A program made the translations under genes and the position numbers. Below, piece after piece: positions 1 to 7,406 of a stretch of 11,381 nucleotides of DNA. The notes below the pieces were generated by a model that was given only the letters and a program-made list of their open reading frames with translations, was not told the origin of the DNA and did not search any database. Origin of the DNA: Sulfurihydrogenibium sp. (GTDB lineage: Bacteria; Aquificota; Aquificia; Aquificales; Hydrogenothermaceae); NCBI GenBank assembly GCA_037442825.1, contig JBBIPN010000044.1, positions 1-11,381 of the forward strand. Reading direction: 5' to 3'. The stretch's first letter is position 1. The number at the start of each line of letters is the position of its first letter.

Positions 1-111
1 TAAAAGATGCCCTTTAGAAAAAAAACATATTAATGTAAGTTCTATAGCTTTTTCTTTACCTTGCAGGTAGTTAGATAAGAAATCTATTATATCTTTAAAT
101 ATCTTCCTCAC
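1..111 (-). CDS. MoxR-family AAA+ ATPase, N-terminal 37 codons (runs off the left edge)
   Basis: Not in the ORF track. GTG at 111-109, one base after the panC stop, translates by hand as MRKIFKDIIDFLSNYLQGKEKAIELTLICFFSKGHLL. The pattern GK..AIEL.L......GHLL is the typical MoxR segment just before the Walker A motif (EDxPGxGKT), which would lie outside the window. Confidence 0.8.
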   Translation of the reverse strand, partial: MRKIFKDIIDFLSNYLQGKEKAIELTLICFFSKGHLL

Positions 112-112
112 T

Positions 113-955
113 TTACAACTCTATATTATCTATCAGTCTTGTATTTCCAATGAAAACAGCAACAGATATAATATCACCTTTTTTAACATTTTCAACTGGT
201 TTTAAACTGTCTTTATCTACTATCTCTATATACTGAATTTCTTTCAAATCCTTTCCTAAAGAAATTATCCCTCTAATTTTCTCTTTTAATCTGTTAGAAT
301 CTGTTATTCCTTCTTCAAAAATCTTTTTAGCTTCAAACAATCCCTTACTTATAAAAGTAGCTGACTGTCTTTCACTTTCTGATAGATATTTATTTCGTGA
401 AGACATTGCAAGGCCATCTGACTCTCTAACTATAGGACAACCTATAATATTCACTGGTACATTTAAATCCTCAACCATTTTAGATATTATCTTATACTGC
501 TGATAATCTTTTTTGCCAAAATAAGCATTATCTGGACAAACTATGTTAAACAGTTTGATAACAACAGTTGTAACACCTTTAAAATGTCCAGGTCTATAAA
601 ATCCACATAAACCTTTAGACAGCTCTACAACTTCTACATAAGTTTGAAAATTCTCTTTATACATATCTTCATAACTTGGATAAAATAGAAAATCTACACC
701 TTCTTTCTCACATAACAATCTGTCCCTTTCAAAATCTCTTGGATACTTATCTAAATCTTCGTTTTTACCAAACTGTAGTGGATTTACAAAAATACTAACA
801 ACTACAATATCATTTTCTCTTTTAGCACATCTAATTAAAGACAAATGACCTTCATGAAGATATCCCATTGTAGGTACAAAACCTATCTTTTTCCCTTCTT
901 TTTTTAGTTGTAAAGCTGTATTTTGCATCTTTTTTACGTCAGTAATAATTTTCAT
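113..955 (-). CDS. panC: Pantoate--beta-alanine ligase (pantothenate synthetase)
   Basis: Motifs GFVPTMGYLHEGH (HIGH-type), VSIFVNPLQF, RPGHFKGV, FGKKDYQQ, RESDGLAMSSRN and C-terminal RLIDN; 280 aa. Start overlaps the upstream stop (TAATG). Confidence 0.98.
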   Translation of the reverse strand: MKIITDVKKMQNTALQLKKEGKKIGFVPTMGYLHEGHLSLIRCAKRENDIVVVSIFVNPLQFGKNEDLDKYPRDFERDRLLCEKEGVDFLFYPSYEDMYKENFQTYVEVVELSKGLCGFYRPGHFKGVTTVVIKLFNIVCPDNAYFGKKDYQQYKIISKMVEDLNVPVNIIGCPIVRESDGLAMSSRNKYLSESERQSATFISKGLFEAKKIFEEGITDSNRLKEKIRGIISLGKDLKEIQYIEIVDKDSLKPVENVKKGDIISVAVFIGNTRLIDNIEL

Positions 956-1398
956 TACATAGACCTTTGTGATAGATATTTTATAAGTTTTTCATTCTGT
1001 TTTTTATTTAAAATAGATTGGATAGATTTGAGTAAATTAATATCTAATACTGTAAGTTCTGTTTTCAATTTTGCAATATCTACAATAAGATTTTTTATTT
1101 TCTCGCTATCGTTGGAAGTATAAACAATACTTTTTAACTGTTCTTCCTTGTCTTTAAGTATCCTTGCTTTCCCAATCATTATAGGGAAATATTTATTATA
1201 CTCAGCTTTTATAAGGTCATACTGTTTCGGTGATAGTTCTAAATTTATCTTTTGAAAAATTTCATAATCATAAGGCATAATTTTATCTATTAGAAAATAT
1301 TTATCCATCCATTCATAACTACTGTTTTCTGCTTTAGAAAATGTAAAAAAACAAACACCTACGAATAATAATAAAATTTTTCTCATTCCTTTATCCAT
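955..1398 (-). CDS. Exported helical protein, Spy/CpxP/ZraP (LTxxQ)-like periplasmic protein
   Basis: Sec-type signal peptide MRKILLLFVGVCFFTFSKA; two LTxxQ-like motifs (LELSPKQ and ILNKKQ) bracket a coiled-coil-like region with D.EKIK.L..DIAKLKTEL. Real start may be the ATG at 1386. Confidence 0.65.
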   Translation of the reverse strand: MDKGMRKILLLFVGVCFFTFSKAENSSYEWMDKYFLIDKIMPYDYEIFQKINLELSPKQYDLIKAEYNKYFPIMIGKARILKDKEEQLKSIVYTSNDSEKIKNLIVDIAKLKTELTVLDINLLKSIQSILNKKQNEKLIKYLSQRSM

Positions 1399-1408
1399 CT
1401 TTTTAAAT

Positions 1409-2086
1409 TTAATAATATCTTATCGATTGACATTTAACTATCTTTAAAGATTTTGGATAAAGTTTGTCTACTAAAAACCATCCAGCTAAAAATCCTCCTA
1501 TATGGGCATACCAAGCTACACCTCCCAAAGAAACAGGAATAAACATAGCAGATACCAACTGAATCACAAACCAATAACCTATAAAAAACCAAGCAGGTAA
1601 AGCAAATATAAAGAAAAAAAAGGGTGGAATAAATGTATAAACCCTTGCAAAAGGATAAATCTTTCCATAAGCTGCTAAGATACCACTTATTGCACCGGAA
1701 GCTCCAACCATAGGGATATCTAATGTTCCAGATAAAATAGCCAGAGAAGATTGTAAAAATGCAGCCACAAAACCAGAAGCAAAGTAAAGTAATACAAATT
1801 TAACTTTTCCTAAAGCATCTTCAACGTTATTCCCAAATATCCATAAAAATAACATATTCCCAAATAAATGTGCTAAATCTCCATGTATAAACATATGTGT
1901 TATAAGATTTGCTAACTTAAGCTGAAATATATCAAATGGTAATAAACCATACAAATGAACAAAATGTTCCAATCTTACATCATCTAAATTCATCTCATGT
2001 AAAAAAACACCTATGTTTATCCCGATTAAAATAAGTGTAACTATTGGTATAGAACCTGTTGGTATATTATCTTTAAGTGGTATCAT
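1409..2086 (-). CDS. Rhomboid-family intramembrane serine protease
   Basis: HMFIHGDLAHLFGNMLFLWIFG, catalytic GASG serine motif, catalytic AHIGG histidine motif, about 6 hydrophobic segments, MIPLKD N-terminus; AAGGA SD upstream; overlaps the MFS gene end by 14 bp. Confidence 0.96.
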   Translation of the reverse strand: MIPLKDNIPTGSIPIVTLILIGINIGVFLHEMNLDDVRLEHFVHLYGLLPFDIFQLKLANLITHMFIHGDLAHLFGNMLFLWIFGNNVEDALGKVKFVLLYFASGFVAAFLQSSLAILSGTLDIPMVGASGAISGILAAYGKIYPFARVYTFIPPFFFFIFALPAWFFIGYWFVIQLVSAMFIPVSLGGVAWYAHIGGFLAGWFLVDKLYPKSLKIVKCQSIRYY

Positions 2087-3293
2087 GTATAATATCCTTC
2101 TTTACAGGCATCTCCATTGGAATTACAAAAAGTAACCATAAAACATTCATCATTATCAAAAAGATAAAGTTAATATTAGCAGAAGGATCTATTTTTAATA
2201 GATATCCACCTACAGCACCACCTATAAAAGCACCTAAAAATTGTGCAGTATTGAAAACACCAGAAGCAGTTCCTTTTATGTGTGGTTTTGCGTATTTACT
2301 CATTAAGGAAGGCATTATAGGTTCAAGCATCATAAAACCAGTAAAGTAAACAACAATAGCTAAAACAGTGAGATAAAAGTTTTCTTTAAATAGTAAAAAC
2401 ATAACAAAAGAAACAACCAAAACTAAAATACCTAATATTTTTACTTCTTTTATCTTATTTTTTTTCTCCGCAATAATAGTAGAGGGAACCATCAACGTTA
2501 ACCCTACAACAAACATTAAAAGGTATATCTTCCATAAATCTTTAACATCTAAAACATGCTGATGAGCAAAAATTAAAGGTACAGCAGTAAATACAGCTGT
2601 TAAACTCATATGTAAAACAAACATACCAAAATCCATTTTTATTAAATTTTTATCTTTTAGCACTTCTTTTAAAAATGAAGAAGTAAATTCTGCGTCTTCA
2701 TGGTGTTTTACAATTGGTGGTTCTTTAATACCAAACATTATATATGGAAGAGATATTAAAGCAAGTATGCCTGTAAATGTAAATACTCCAGATAAACCAA
2801 AGTATGCTGCAATAATTGGACCAAGAACCATACCTACAGCAAAAGCCATTCCAATGGAAGCTCCAATAGTAGCCATAGCTCTCGTTCTGATTTCATCTCT
2901 TGTCAGATCTGCAAGTAATGCAATAACTACAGATGAAACAGCTCCAATACCTTGTAAAAATCTACCGACAATAAGAATATTAATATTTTCAACATAAGCA
3001 GCATAAGCTGATAAGAAACTACCTAATATGAATATAATTGTACTTGATACAAGGATATGTTTCCTTCCAATTTTATCACTCCAAAGACCATATGGAATTT
3101 GAAATATAGCTTGTGTAAGACCATATGCACCAATAGCTAACCCTGCTAAAAAACTATCAGAACCAGGCATATTTTTAGCATAAATACTTAAAATAGGTAA
3201 AGCTAAAAACAAACCAAGCATACGTAAAGCAAATATAAAGGCAAGTCCTAAAGTTATTTTCTTTTCGTGTGGCAAAAAGTCTTTATCTATCAA
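2073..3293 (-). CDS. Major facilitator superfamily transporter, YajR-like; substrate unknown
   Basis: About 12 hydrophobic segments; LRMLGLF..LP, AIGAYGLTQA.FQIP.G..SDKIGRK (motif A), GRFLQG.GA and ADLTRDE.RTRAMA.IG are YajR-subfamily-like. 406 aa, no long soluble C-terminal domain. TTG start with AGGAGGT SD (3307-3301). Confidence 0.92.
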   Translation of the reverse strand: MIDKDFLPHEKKITLGLAFIFALRMLGLFLALPILSIYAKNMPGSDSFLAGLAIGAYGLTQAIFQIPYGLWSDKIGRKHILVSSTIIFILGSFLSAYAAYVENINILIVGRFLQGIGAVSSVVIALLADLTRDEIRTRAMATIGASIGMAFAVGMVLGPIIAAYFGLSGVFTFTGILALISLPYIMFGIKEPPIVKHHEDAEFTSSFLKEVLKDKNLIKMDFGMFVLHMSLTAVFTAVPLIFAHQHVLDVKDLWKIYLLMFVVGLTLMVPSTIIAEKKNKIKEVKILGILVLVVSFVMFLLFKENFYLTVLAIVVYFTGFMMLEPIMPSLMSKYAKPHIKGTASGVFNTAQFLGAFIGGAVGGYLLKIDPSANINFIFLIMMNVLWLLFVIPMEMPVKKDIIHDTT

Positions 3294-3308
3294 TTAGACA
3301 ACCTCCTT

Positions 3309-4292
3309 TCAAAATTCAAATTTATATGACCTATTCATTAACTCTTCAGCAGCTTTTTTTGGATCTAAGTTTTCATATAAGATTTTATAAACTTGCTTTG
3401 ATATTGGTAGCTCTAAATTGTATTTATTTTTTATATTATAAACAGCTTTTACAGTAGAATAACCTTCTACGACTTGACCTACCTTTTTCAAAGCTTCATC
3501 TACAGACAAACCTTTACCTATCAACATTCCAAATATCCTATTCCTTGATAAATCTCCTGTAGCAGTTAAAACAAGGTCACCAAGTCCAGATAAACCATAA
3601 ACTGTTTGCGGATTACCGTTGTATACCTTTACAATTTTACTGACCTCATATAAACCTCGTGTTATTAAACTTGCCCTTGCATTGTTTCCAAATCCAAGAC
3701 CATCACTTATTCCAGTAGCAATTGCTATAACATTTTTTATAGCTCCACCAACTTCTACGCCAATAATATCATCAGATTGATAAACTCTAAAAGTTTTTGT
3801 GTTAAAATGATGAATAAGCTTTGAACCTATCTCGTGATTACCTGCAAGAACTACAGCAGTTGGTAAACCTTTTATAACTTCTTTTGCAAAAGATGGACCA
3901 GAAAGAGAAAAGATATAATCTTTATCTATATTTAAAGTTTCTATCAAAATATCAGAGACAAGATTTAAAGTATTTATCTCTATACCTTTTGAAGCAGATA
4001 CAACAGGTTTATTTTTAATTTTAATGTCTTTTAATGTTTGTCTTATATATTGAGTAGGAATCACAACTAAAATAATATCACTTATACCAACTAAATCTTC
4101 CAAACTGTAAACCGTTTTTATATTATCGTTTAAAACAATATCTGGATGGTACTTTTTATTGACACGTATTGAGTCTATACTTTGTAAAACTTCCTTATCT
4201 ATATCCCAAAGAAAAACATTTTTAAAATTTAAACTTAAAACTTGAGCTAATGCAGTTCCCCAACTACCTGCGCCTATAATACCTAAATTCAA
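3309..4292 (-). CDS. gpsA: NAD(P)H-dependent glycerol-3-phosphate dehydrogenase
   Basis: [11 protein letters not shown]ossmann motif, [51 protein letters not shown] start with AGGAGGA SD (4303-4297). Confidence 0.98.
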   Translation of the reverse strand: MNLGIIGAGSWGTALAQVLSLNFKNVFLWDIDKEVLQSIDSIRVNKKYHPDIVLNDNIKTVYSLEDLVGISDIILVVIPTQYIRQTLKDIKIKNKPVVSASKGIEINTLNLVSDILIETLNIDKDYIFSLSGPSFAKEVIKGLPTAVVLAGNHEIGSKLIHHFNTKTFRVYQSDDIIGVEVGGAIKNVIAIATGISDGLGFGNNARASLITRGLYEVSKIVKVYNGNPQTVYGLSGLGDLVLTATGDLSRNRIFGMLIGKGLSVDEALKKVGQVVEGYSTVKAVYNIKNKYNLELPISKQVYKILYENLDPKKAAEELMNRSYKFEF

Positions 4293-4380
4293 AAAATCCT
4301 CCTACAAAAGAATCTATTATTTATTATATTATGTTTTAAACTAAAATATTTAGGACAAATAACATATATAAGGTGGTTTA

Positions 4381-5175
4381 ATGATTCCAAAAGCTTTAAC
4401 AATAGCAGGTTCTGATAATAGTGGCGGTGCAGGTATACAGGCAGATTTAAAAACAATGACCTGCTTAGGTGTTTATAGTATGAGCGTAATAACTTCAATA
4501 ACAGTTCAAAATACTACTGGTGTTTTTCAAAGATACGATCTACCAGAAGATTTGGTATACAGTCAAATAAAAGTTATAGCAGAAGATATAAGTATAGATA
4601 GTACAAAAATTGGGATGTTAGGAAATGGGAAAATTATAAAATCTATAGAGAAGGCAATAAAAGATTTTAAAATAAAAAATTTAGTTATAGATACAGTTTT
4701 AGTGTCTAAATCTGGTTATCATCTTTTGGAACCATCAGATGAAAAAATATTTATTAAAAATCTTATACCACTTGCAACACTACTAACACCAAACATTCCA
4801 GAAGCTGAAATTTTAGCAAGTATGCAGATTAAAAGTATAGAAGATATGGAAAAAGCTTGCAAAAAGATTTATAAATATGGATGTAATAGCGTCTTACTAA
4901 AAGGTGGTCATATGGAAAGTGATGAGCTTGTAGATGTTTTTTATGATGGGTTCAAGTTTGAATATTTTCCATCAAGAAGAGTAAACACAAAAAATACCCA
5001 CGGTACAGGTTGTACACTATCAGCTGCTATAACATCTTATATAGCAAAAGGTTATACTTTATTAGATTCAATAAAGGAAGCAAAAAAATATATCCAAGGA
5101 GCTATTGAAAACTCCTTAGATATTGGAAAAGGACATGGACCTTTAAACCATATGTGGACATTTTATAAAGGTTGA
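4381..5175 (+). CDS. thiD: Hydroxymethylpyrimidine/phosphomethylpyrimidine kinase
   Basis: LTIAGSDNSGGAGIQADLKT, TVQNT.GV, KIGML, TPNIPEAE, LLKGGH, NTHGTGCTLSAAI, G.GHGPLNH; AGGTGG SD upstream. Confidence 0.97.
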   Translation: MIPKALTIAGSDNSGGAGIQADLKTMTCLGVYSMSVITSITVQNTTGVFQRYDLPEDLVYSQIKVIAEDISIDSTKIGMLGNGKIIKSIEKAIKDFKIKNLVIDTVLVSKSGYHLLEPSDEKIFIKNLIPLATLLTPNIPEAEILASMQIKSIEDMEKACKKIYKYGCNSVLLKGGHMESDELVDVFYDGFKFEYFPSRRVNTKNTHGTGCTLSAAITSYIAKGYTLLDSIKEAKKYIQGAIENSLDIGKGHGPLNHMWTFYKG

Positions 5176-6170
5176 AGATTTTTCCTAAAACTTTCTCCTT
5201 TTAGAATAAGTTCTCTTCCAAGTTTTCTTGCCATTTCTTCATCTTTACCTGGTTCTCTACCTGCCCTTGTTAAATAACCACCTGCCATAAGACAGTTTGC
5301 TACTTCAAAAGCCACATCATGATAATCTTTTAAATTCAATTCCCTTCCACCACATAGTCTAATTTCTGCAAAAGGATTAAACAATCTAAATAAAGCAACG
5401 ATTTTTAAGCATTTAACAGGTGTAAGGTTATTGGCATTTTCTAAAGGTGTTCCTGGTATTGGCATTAGAAAGTTGATAGGAATAGAATGGACATTTAAAT
5501 CTCTATAAGTAATCGCCAAATCTACAATATCTTCATCACTTTCTCCCATCCCAAATATACCACCGCAACAGGTAGAAAGTCCTACTTTTTGGATTTTTTT
5601 TATAGTTTCAAATCTTTCTTTCCATGTATGGGTCTTTACAATATTTGGAAAAAAGTTTTCAGAAGATTCAAGGTTATGGTTTATTCTATCTACACCTGAT
5701 TCCTTTAATTTCTTTAAATCTTCTTCATCTACAGTTCCTAAAGAACAGCAAACCTTTACAGGATATCTTTTCTTTATCTCTTTTACAGCTTGAGATATTT
5801 TTTCTACTTCTTCTTTTGATGCCCTCCTTCCACTTACGACTATACAATACCTATTTGCATTTATTGTTAAAGCTTTTTCTGCACCTTCAAGCATTTCTTC
5901 AATACTTACTAAAGAGTATGCATTTATTGGTGTTTTAAAAAGAGAAGATTGAGCACAAAAAGAACAATCTTCAGTACAAGCACCATTTTTTGCATTTATA
6001 AGACTACAAAACTCCATCTGATTTTTAAATACAGCTTCTCTAACTTTTGAAGCCTCTTCTACTAACTCCATAGTATATTCATCAGGTAGAGATAGTATTT
6101 TTAAACCTTCTTCTTTTGTTAATTTCTCACCAGAAAGTACTCTATATGCAAGATTTTTTAAAATTTCCAT
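5163..6170 (-). CDS. bioB: Biotin synthase (radical SAM)
   Basis: CTEDCSFCAQS CxxxCxxC motif; positions matching the auxiliary [2Fe-2S] ligands (RYCIV, VCCSLG, TCCGGIFGMGE, IRLCGGRE); NHNLE motif; SIPINFL.PIPGTPL; GGYLTRAG. Confidence 0.97.
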   Translation of the reverse strand: MEILKNLAYRVLSGEKLTKEEGLKILSLPDEYTMELVEEASKVREAVFKNQMEFCSLINAKNGACTEDCSFCAQSSLFKTPINAYSLVSIEEMLEGAEKALTINANRYCIVVSGRRASKEEVEKISQAVKEIKKRYPVKVCCSLGTVDEEDLKKLKESGVDRINHNLESSENFFPNIVKTHTWKERFETIKKIQKVGLSTCCGGIFGMGESDEDIVDLAITYRDLNVHSIPINFLMPIPGTPLENANNLTPVKCLKIVALFRLFNPFAEIRLCGGRELNLKDYHDVAFEVANCLMAGGYLTRAGREPGKDEEMARKLGRELILKGESFRKNLQPL

Positions 6171-6182
6171 CTCTTTTTTCCT

Positions 6183-6214
6183 TTGTTAACCATTATTTAT
6201 AAATAAGTTTACCA
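6183..6214. promoter_or_regulatory. Candidate BirA-type biotin operator
   Basis: TGTTAAC (6184-6190) + 16 bp + GTTTACC (6207-6213), 13 bp upstream of the bioB ATG; fits the TGT(T/A)AAC-N14-16-GTT(A/T)ACA consensus with one mismatch. Confidence 0.7.
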
Positions 6215-6234
6215 TAAAATTTAATACAAAACAA
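6206..6234 (-). promoter_or_regulatory. Putative sigma70 promoter of bioB
   Basis: On the minus strand: -35 TTGTTT (6234-6229), 17-bp spacer ending in TGG, -10 TAAACT (6211-6206), giving an extended TGn -10. Confidence 0.55.
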
Positions 6235-6301
6235 CAATTAAATTTTATTTAACAGAAAAATCAAAAAATTACTTCTTTATCCACCTTGATTTGAGTAATA
6301 A

Positions 6302-6612
6302 AAAAATCTTACTCCTGTTATACCTTTTGTTTTTATAATGGTAAAAGAAAATGGAAAATTCTTACTGATTTAATTTGGTATTTTAATAATTTCCTTGAAG
6401 ATATACAATGAGTTTGTAAAAGCTGCTAAATTGTTAATGGAGTAGAGGAAAGAGTTTAATGAGGATATAGAGTTGTTTGTATTTGTTTAGTTTAAAGACT
6501 ATAGATACAGAAGATGGGAAGAGGAAGATGTTAGAGATAGGAGGTAAAAATATGAAGACTTTGGCTGATTTGTTGATAGAAGAAAAGGTAAGAGAGATAA
6601 AGGATAGAGAGT
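6302..6612 (+). pseudogene. Decayed Rpn/YhgA-like recombination-promoting nuclease (PD-(D/E)XK 'transposase') fragment
   Basis: Hand translation gives KNLTPVIPFVF (6302-6334), then after a one-base loss in a T run YNGKRKWKILTDL (6334-6372): together the Rpn hallmark LxPVIPxVFY(H/N)GxxxW. Downstream come an in-frame TAG (6443-6445), another frame change, and IGGKNMKTLADLLIEE, the Rpn C-terminal GG..M.T(L/I)A..L.EE motif. Boundaries approximate. Confidence 0.75.
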
Positions 6613-6701
6613 ATTTAATAATTCTTTTAAAGAAGATTATAAAATATTATTATGTTTTAAATCTTCTTATAAATCTTCTTAAAAATGGGAGGTTAATTTA
6701 A
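6552..6701 (+). CDS. Possible 49-aa small protein starting at the Rpn internal (RpnS-type) start
   Basis: Perfect SD AGGAGGT (6539-6545), 6-nt spacer, ATG at 6552; MKTLADLLIEEKVREIKDREYLIILLKKIIKYYYVLNLLINLLKNGRLI. The tail after about residue 11 looks like frameshifted or read-through sequence. Expression not shown. Confidence 0.3.
   Translation: MKTLADLLIEEKVREIKDREYLIILLKKIIKYYYVLNLLINLLKNGRLI
6630..6681. repeat. Tandem 12-mer plus inverted partial copy
   Basis: TAAATCTTCTTA twice, exact and adjacent (6658-6669, 6670-6681); the reverse complement of the core, AAGAAGATT, is at 6630-6638. Confidence 0.7.
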
Positions 6702-6707
6702 TTTATA

Positions 6708-6716
6708 TGGTAAAAT
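6708..6716 (+). promoter_or_regulatory. Putative extended -10 element for the Yip1-type gene
   Basis: TGGTAAAAT (TGn-TAAAAT) 33 bp upstream of the ATG at 6750; GGAG SD at 6737-6740. Confidence 0.45.
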
Positions 6717-6749
6717 TTAATTACTATTGAAAATTTGGAGTAGTTATTT

Positions 6750-7406
6750 ATGTTTGATATTTATTTTTCTCCAAAAAGTGGTATAGAAAAACTAAATAAG
6801 GAAATTAAAAGCTATAAAGAGTTAGTATTAAAATATACTATTCCTTTTTCTTTAGTTCCTGCTGTTGGTTATTTTATAGCTTTTACTCTTTTAAAATCAA
6901 ACTATATATCTTCTATAAATCAGTTTTTAGATTACGTAAAGAACGATCCAAAAGCTGATAAATCTGTTATGGAATATATGAATCTTATTTTAAATATGCT
7001 ACAAACTTCTAATTACAGTAAAATTTTTCTATTTTTAGCTATTGTTTGGTTATTTGAGATTTTTAAACCTTTATTTTTAACTGGAATTGTTTATTTCTTT
7101 GGTAAATCTTTTGGCGGTGAAAACAATCCTTTAAAAGTTTTTAATTTGGTAGTCTTAGCTTTAATTCCGGTATGGGTAAGTGAGATTAGTTATATGATAA
7201 ATTCTCCAATAACAACCTTTTTACTGTTTTTAAGTAGCTTTTATATGTTTTATCTAATATTTATAGGTGCTGAAAAGATTTTAAAAGTTCCAAGTGAAAA
7301 TTCTAAAAATTTTCAATTTATTATAGTTACTGTAATTTTTTATGTAATTCTTAGTGGAATAATTGGAATGTTGCAAACAAAGATTATTCAATCTATCCTA
7401 AGTTGA
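6750..7406 (+). CDS. Yip1-domain (DUF1282-like) integral membrane protein
   Basis: N-terminal IYFSPK...L..E, then Y.IP.SL.PAV..FI, ..FGG.....K.F.L...ALIP.WV and Y..YL.F.G...IL.VP; about 5 hydrophobic helices, with a roughly 40-aa soluble insert after TM1. Confidence 0.75.
   Translation: MFDIYFSPKSGIEKLNKEIKSYKELVLKYTIPFSLVPAVGYFIAFTLLKSNYISSINQFLDYVKNDPKADKSVMEYMNLILNMLQTSNYSKIFLFLAIVWLFEIFKPLFLTGIVYFFGKSFGGENNPLKVFNLVVLALIPVWVSEISYMINSPITTFLLFLSSFYMFYLIFIGAEKILKVPSENSKNFQFIIVTVIFYVILSGIIGMLQTKIIQSILS

Noticed and set aside
4293..4380. TPP riboswitch upstream of thiD
   Set aside because: The gap is only 88 bp, very AT-rich, and lacks the CTGAGA and CCTGA...GCGNAGG core. It has only possible -10 boxes (TATAAT on minus 4328-4323, TAAAAT on plus 4342-4347).
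5163..6170. Atypical BioB (INHNLES instead of YNHNLD/E) or alternative auxiliary-cluster type
   Set aside because: The NHNL(D/E) core and the three Cys plus Arg positions for the standard [2Fe-2S] cluster are present; one substitution is not enough to claim novelty.
6477..6701. 74-aa ORF from the track, starting at TTG 6477
   Set aside because: The TTG lies inside the decayed Rpn frame; the ATG at 6552 has a perfect SD and matches the family's internal start. Treated as part of the pseudogene plus a possible small ORF.
6687..6730. SD-like GGGAGGT followed by a 7-codon ORF (MVKFNYY)
   Set aside because: SD-to-ATG spacing is too long, and the ATG falls within the more plausible extended -10 of the Yip1-type gene.
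6171..6749. CRISPR array or intact IS/MITE in the long intergenic region
   Set aside because: No regularly spaced 25-40 bp repeats, no DDE or HUH transposase motif, and no target-site duplication seen.
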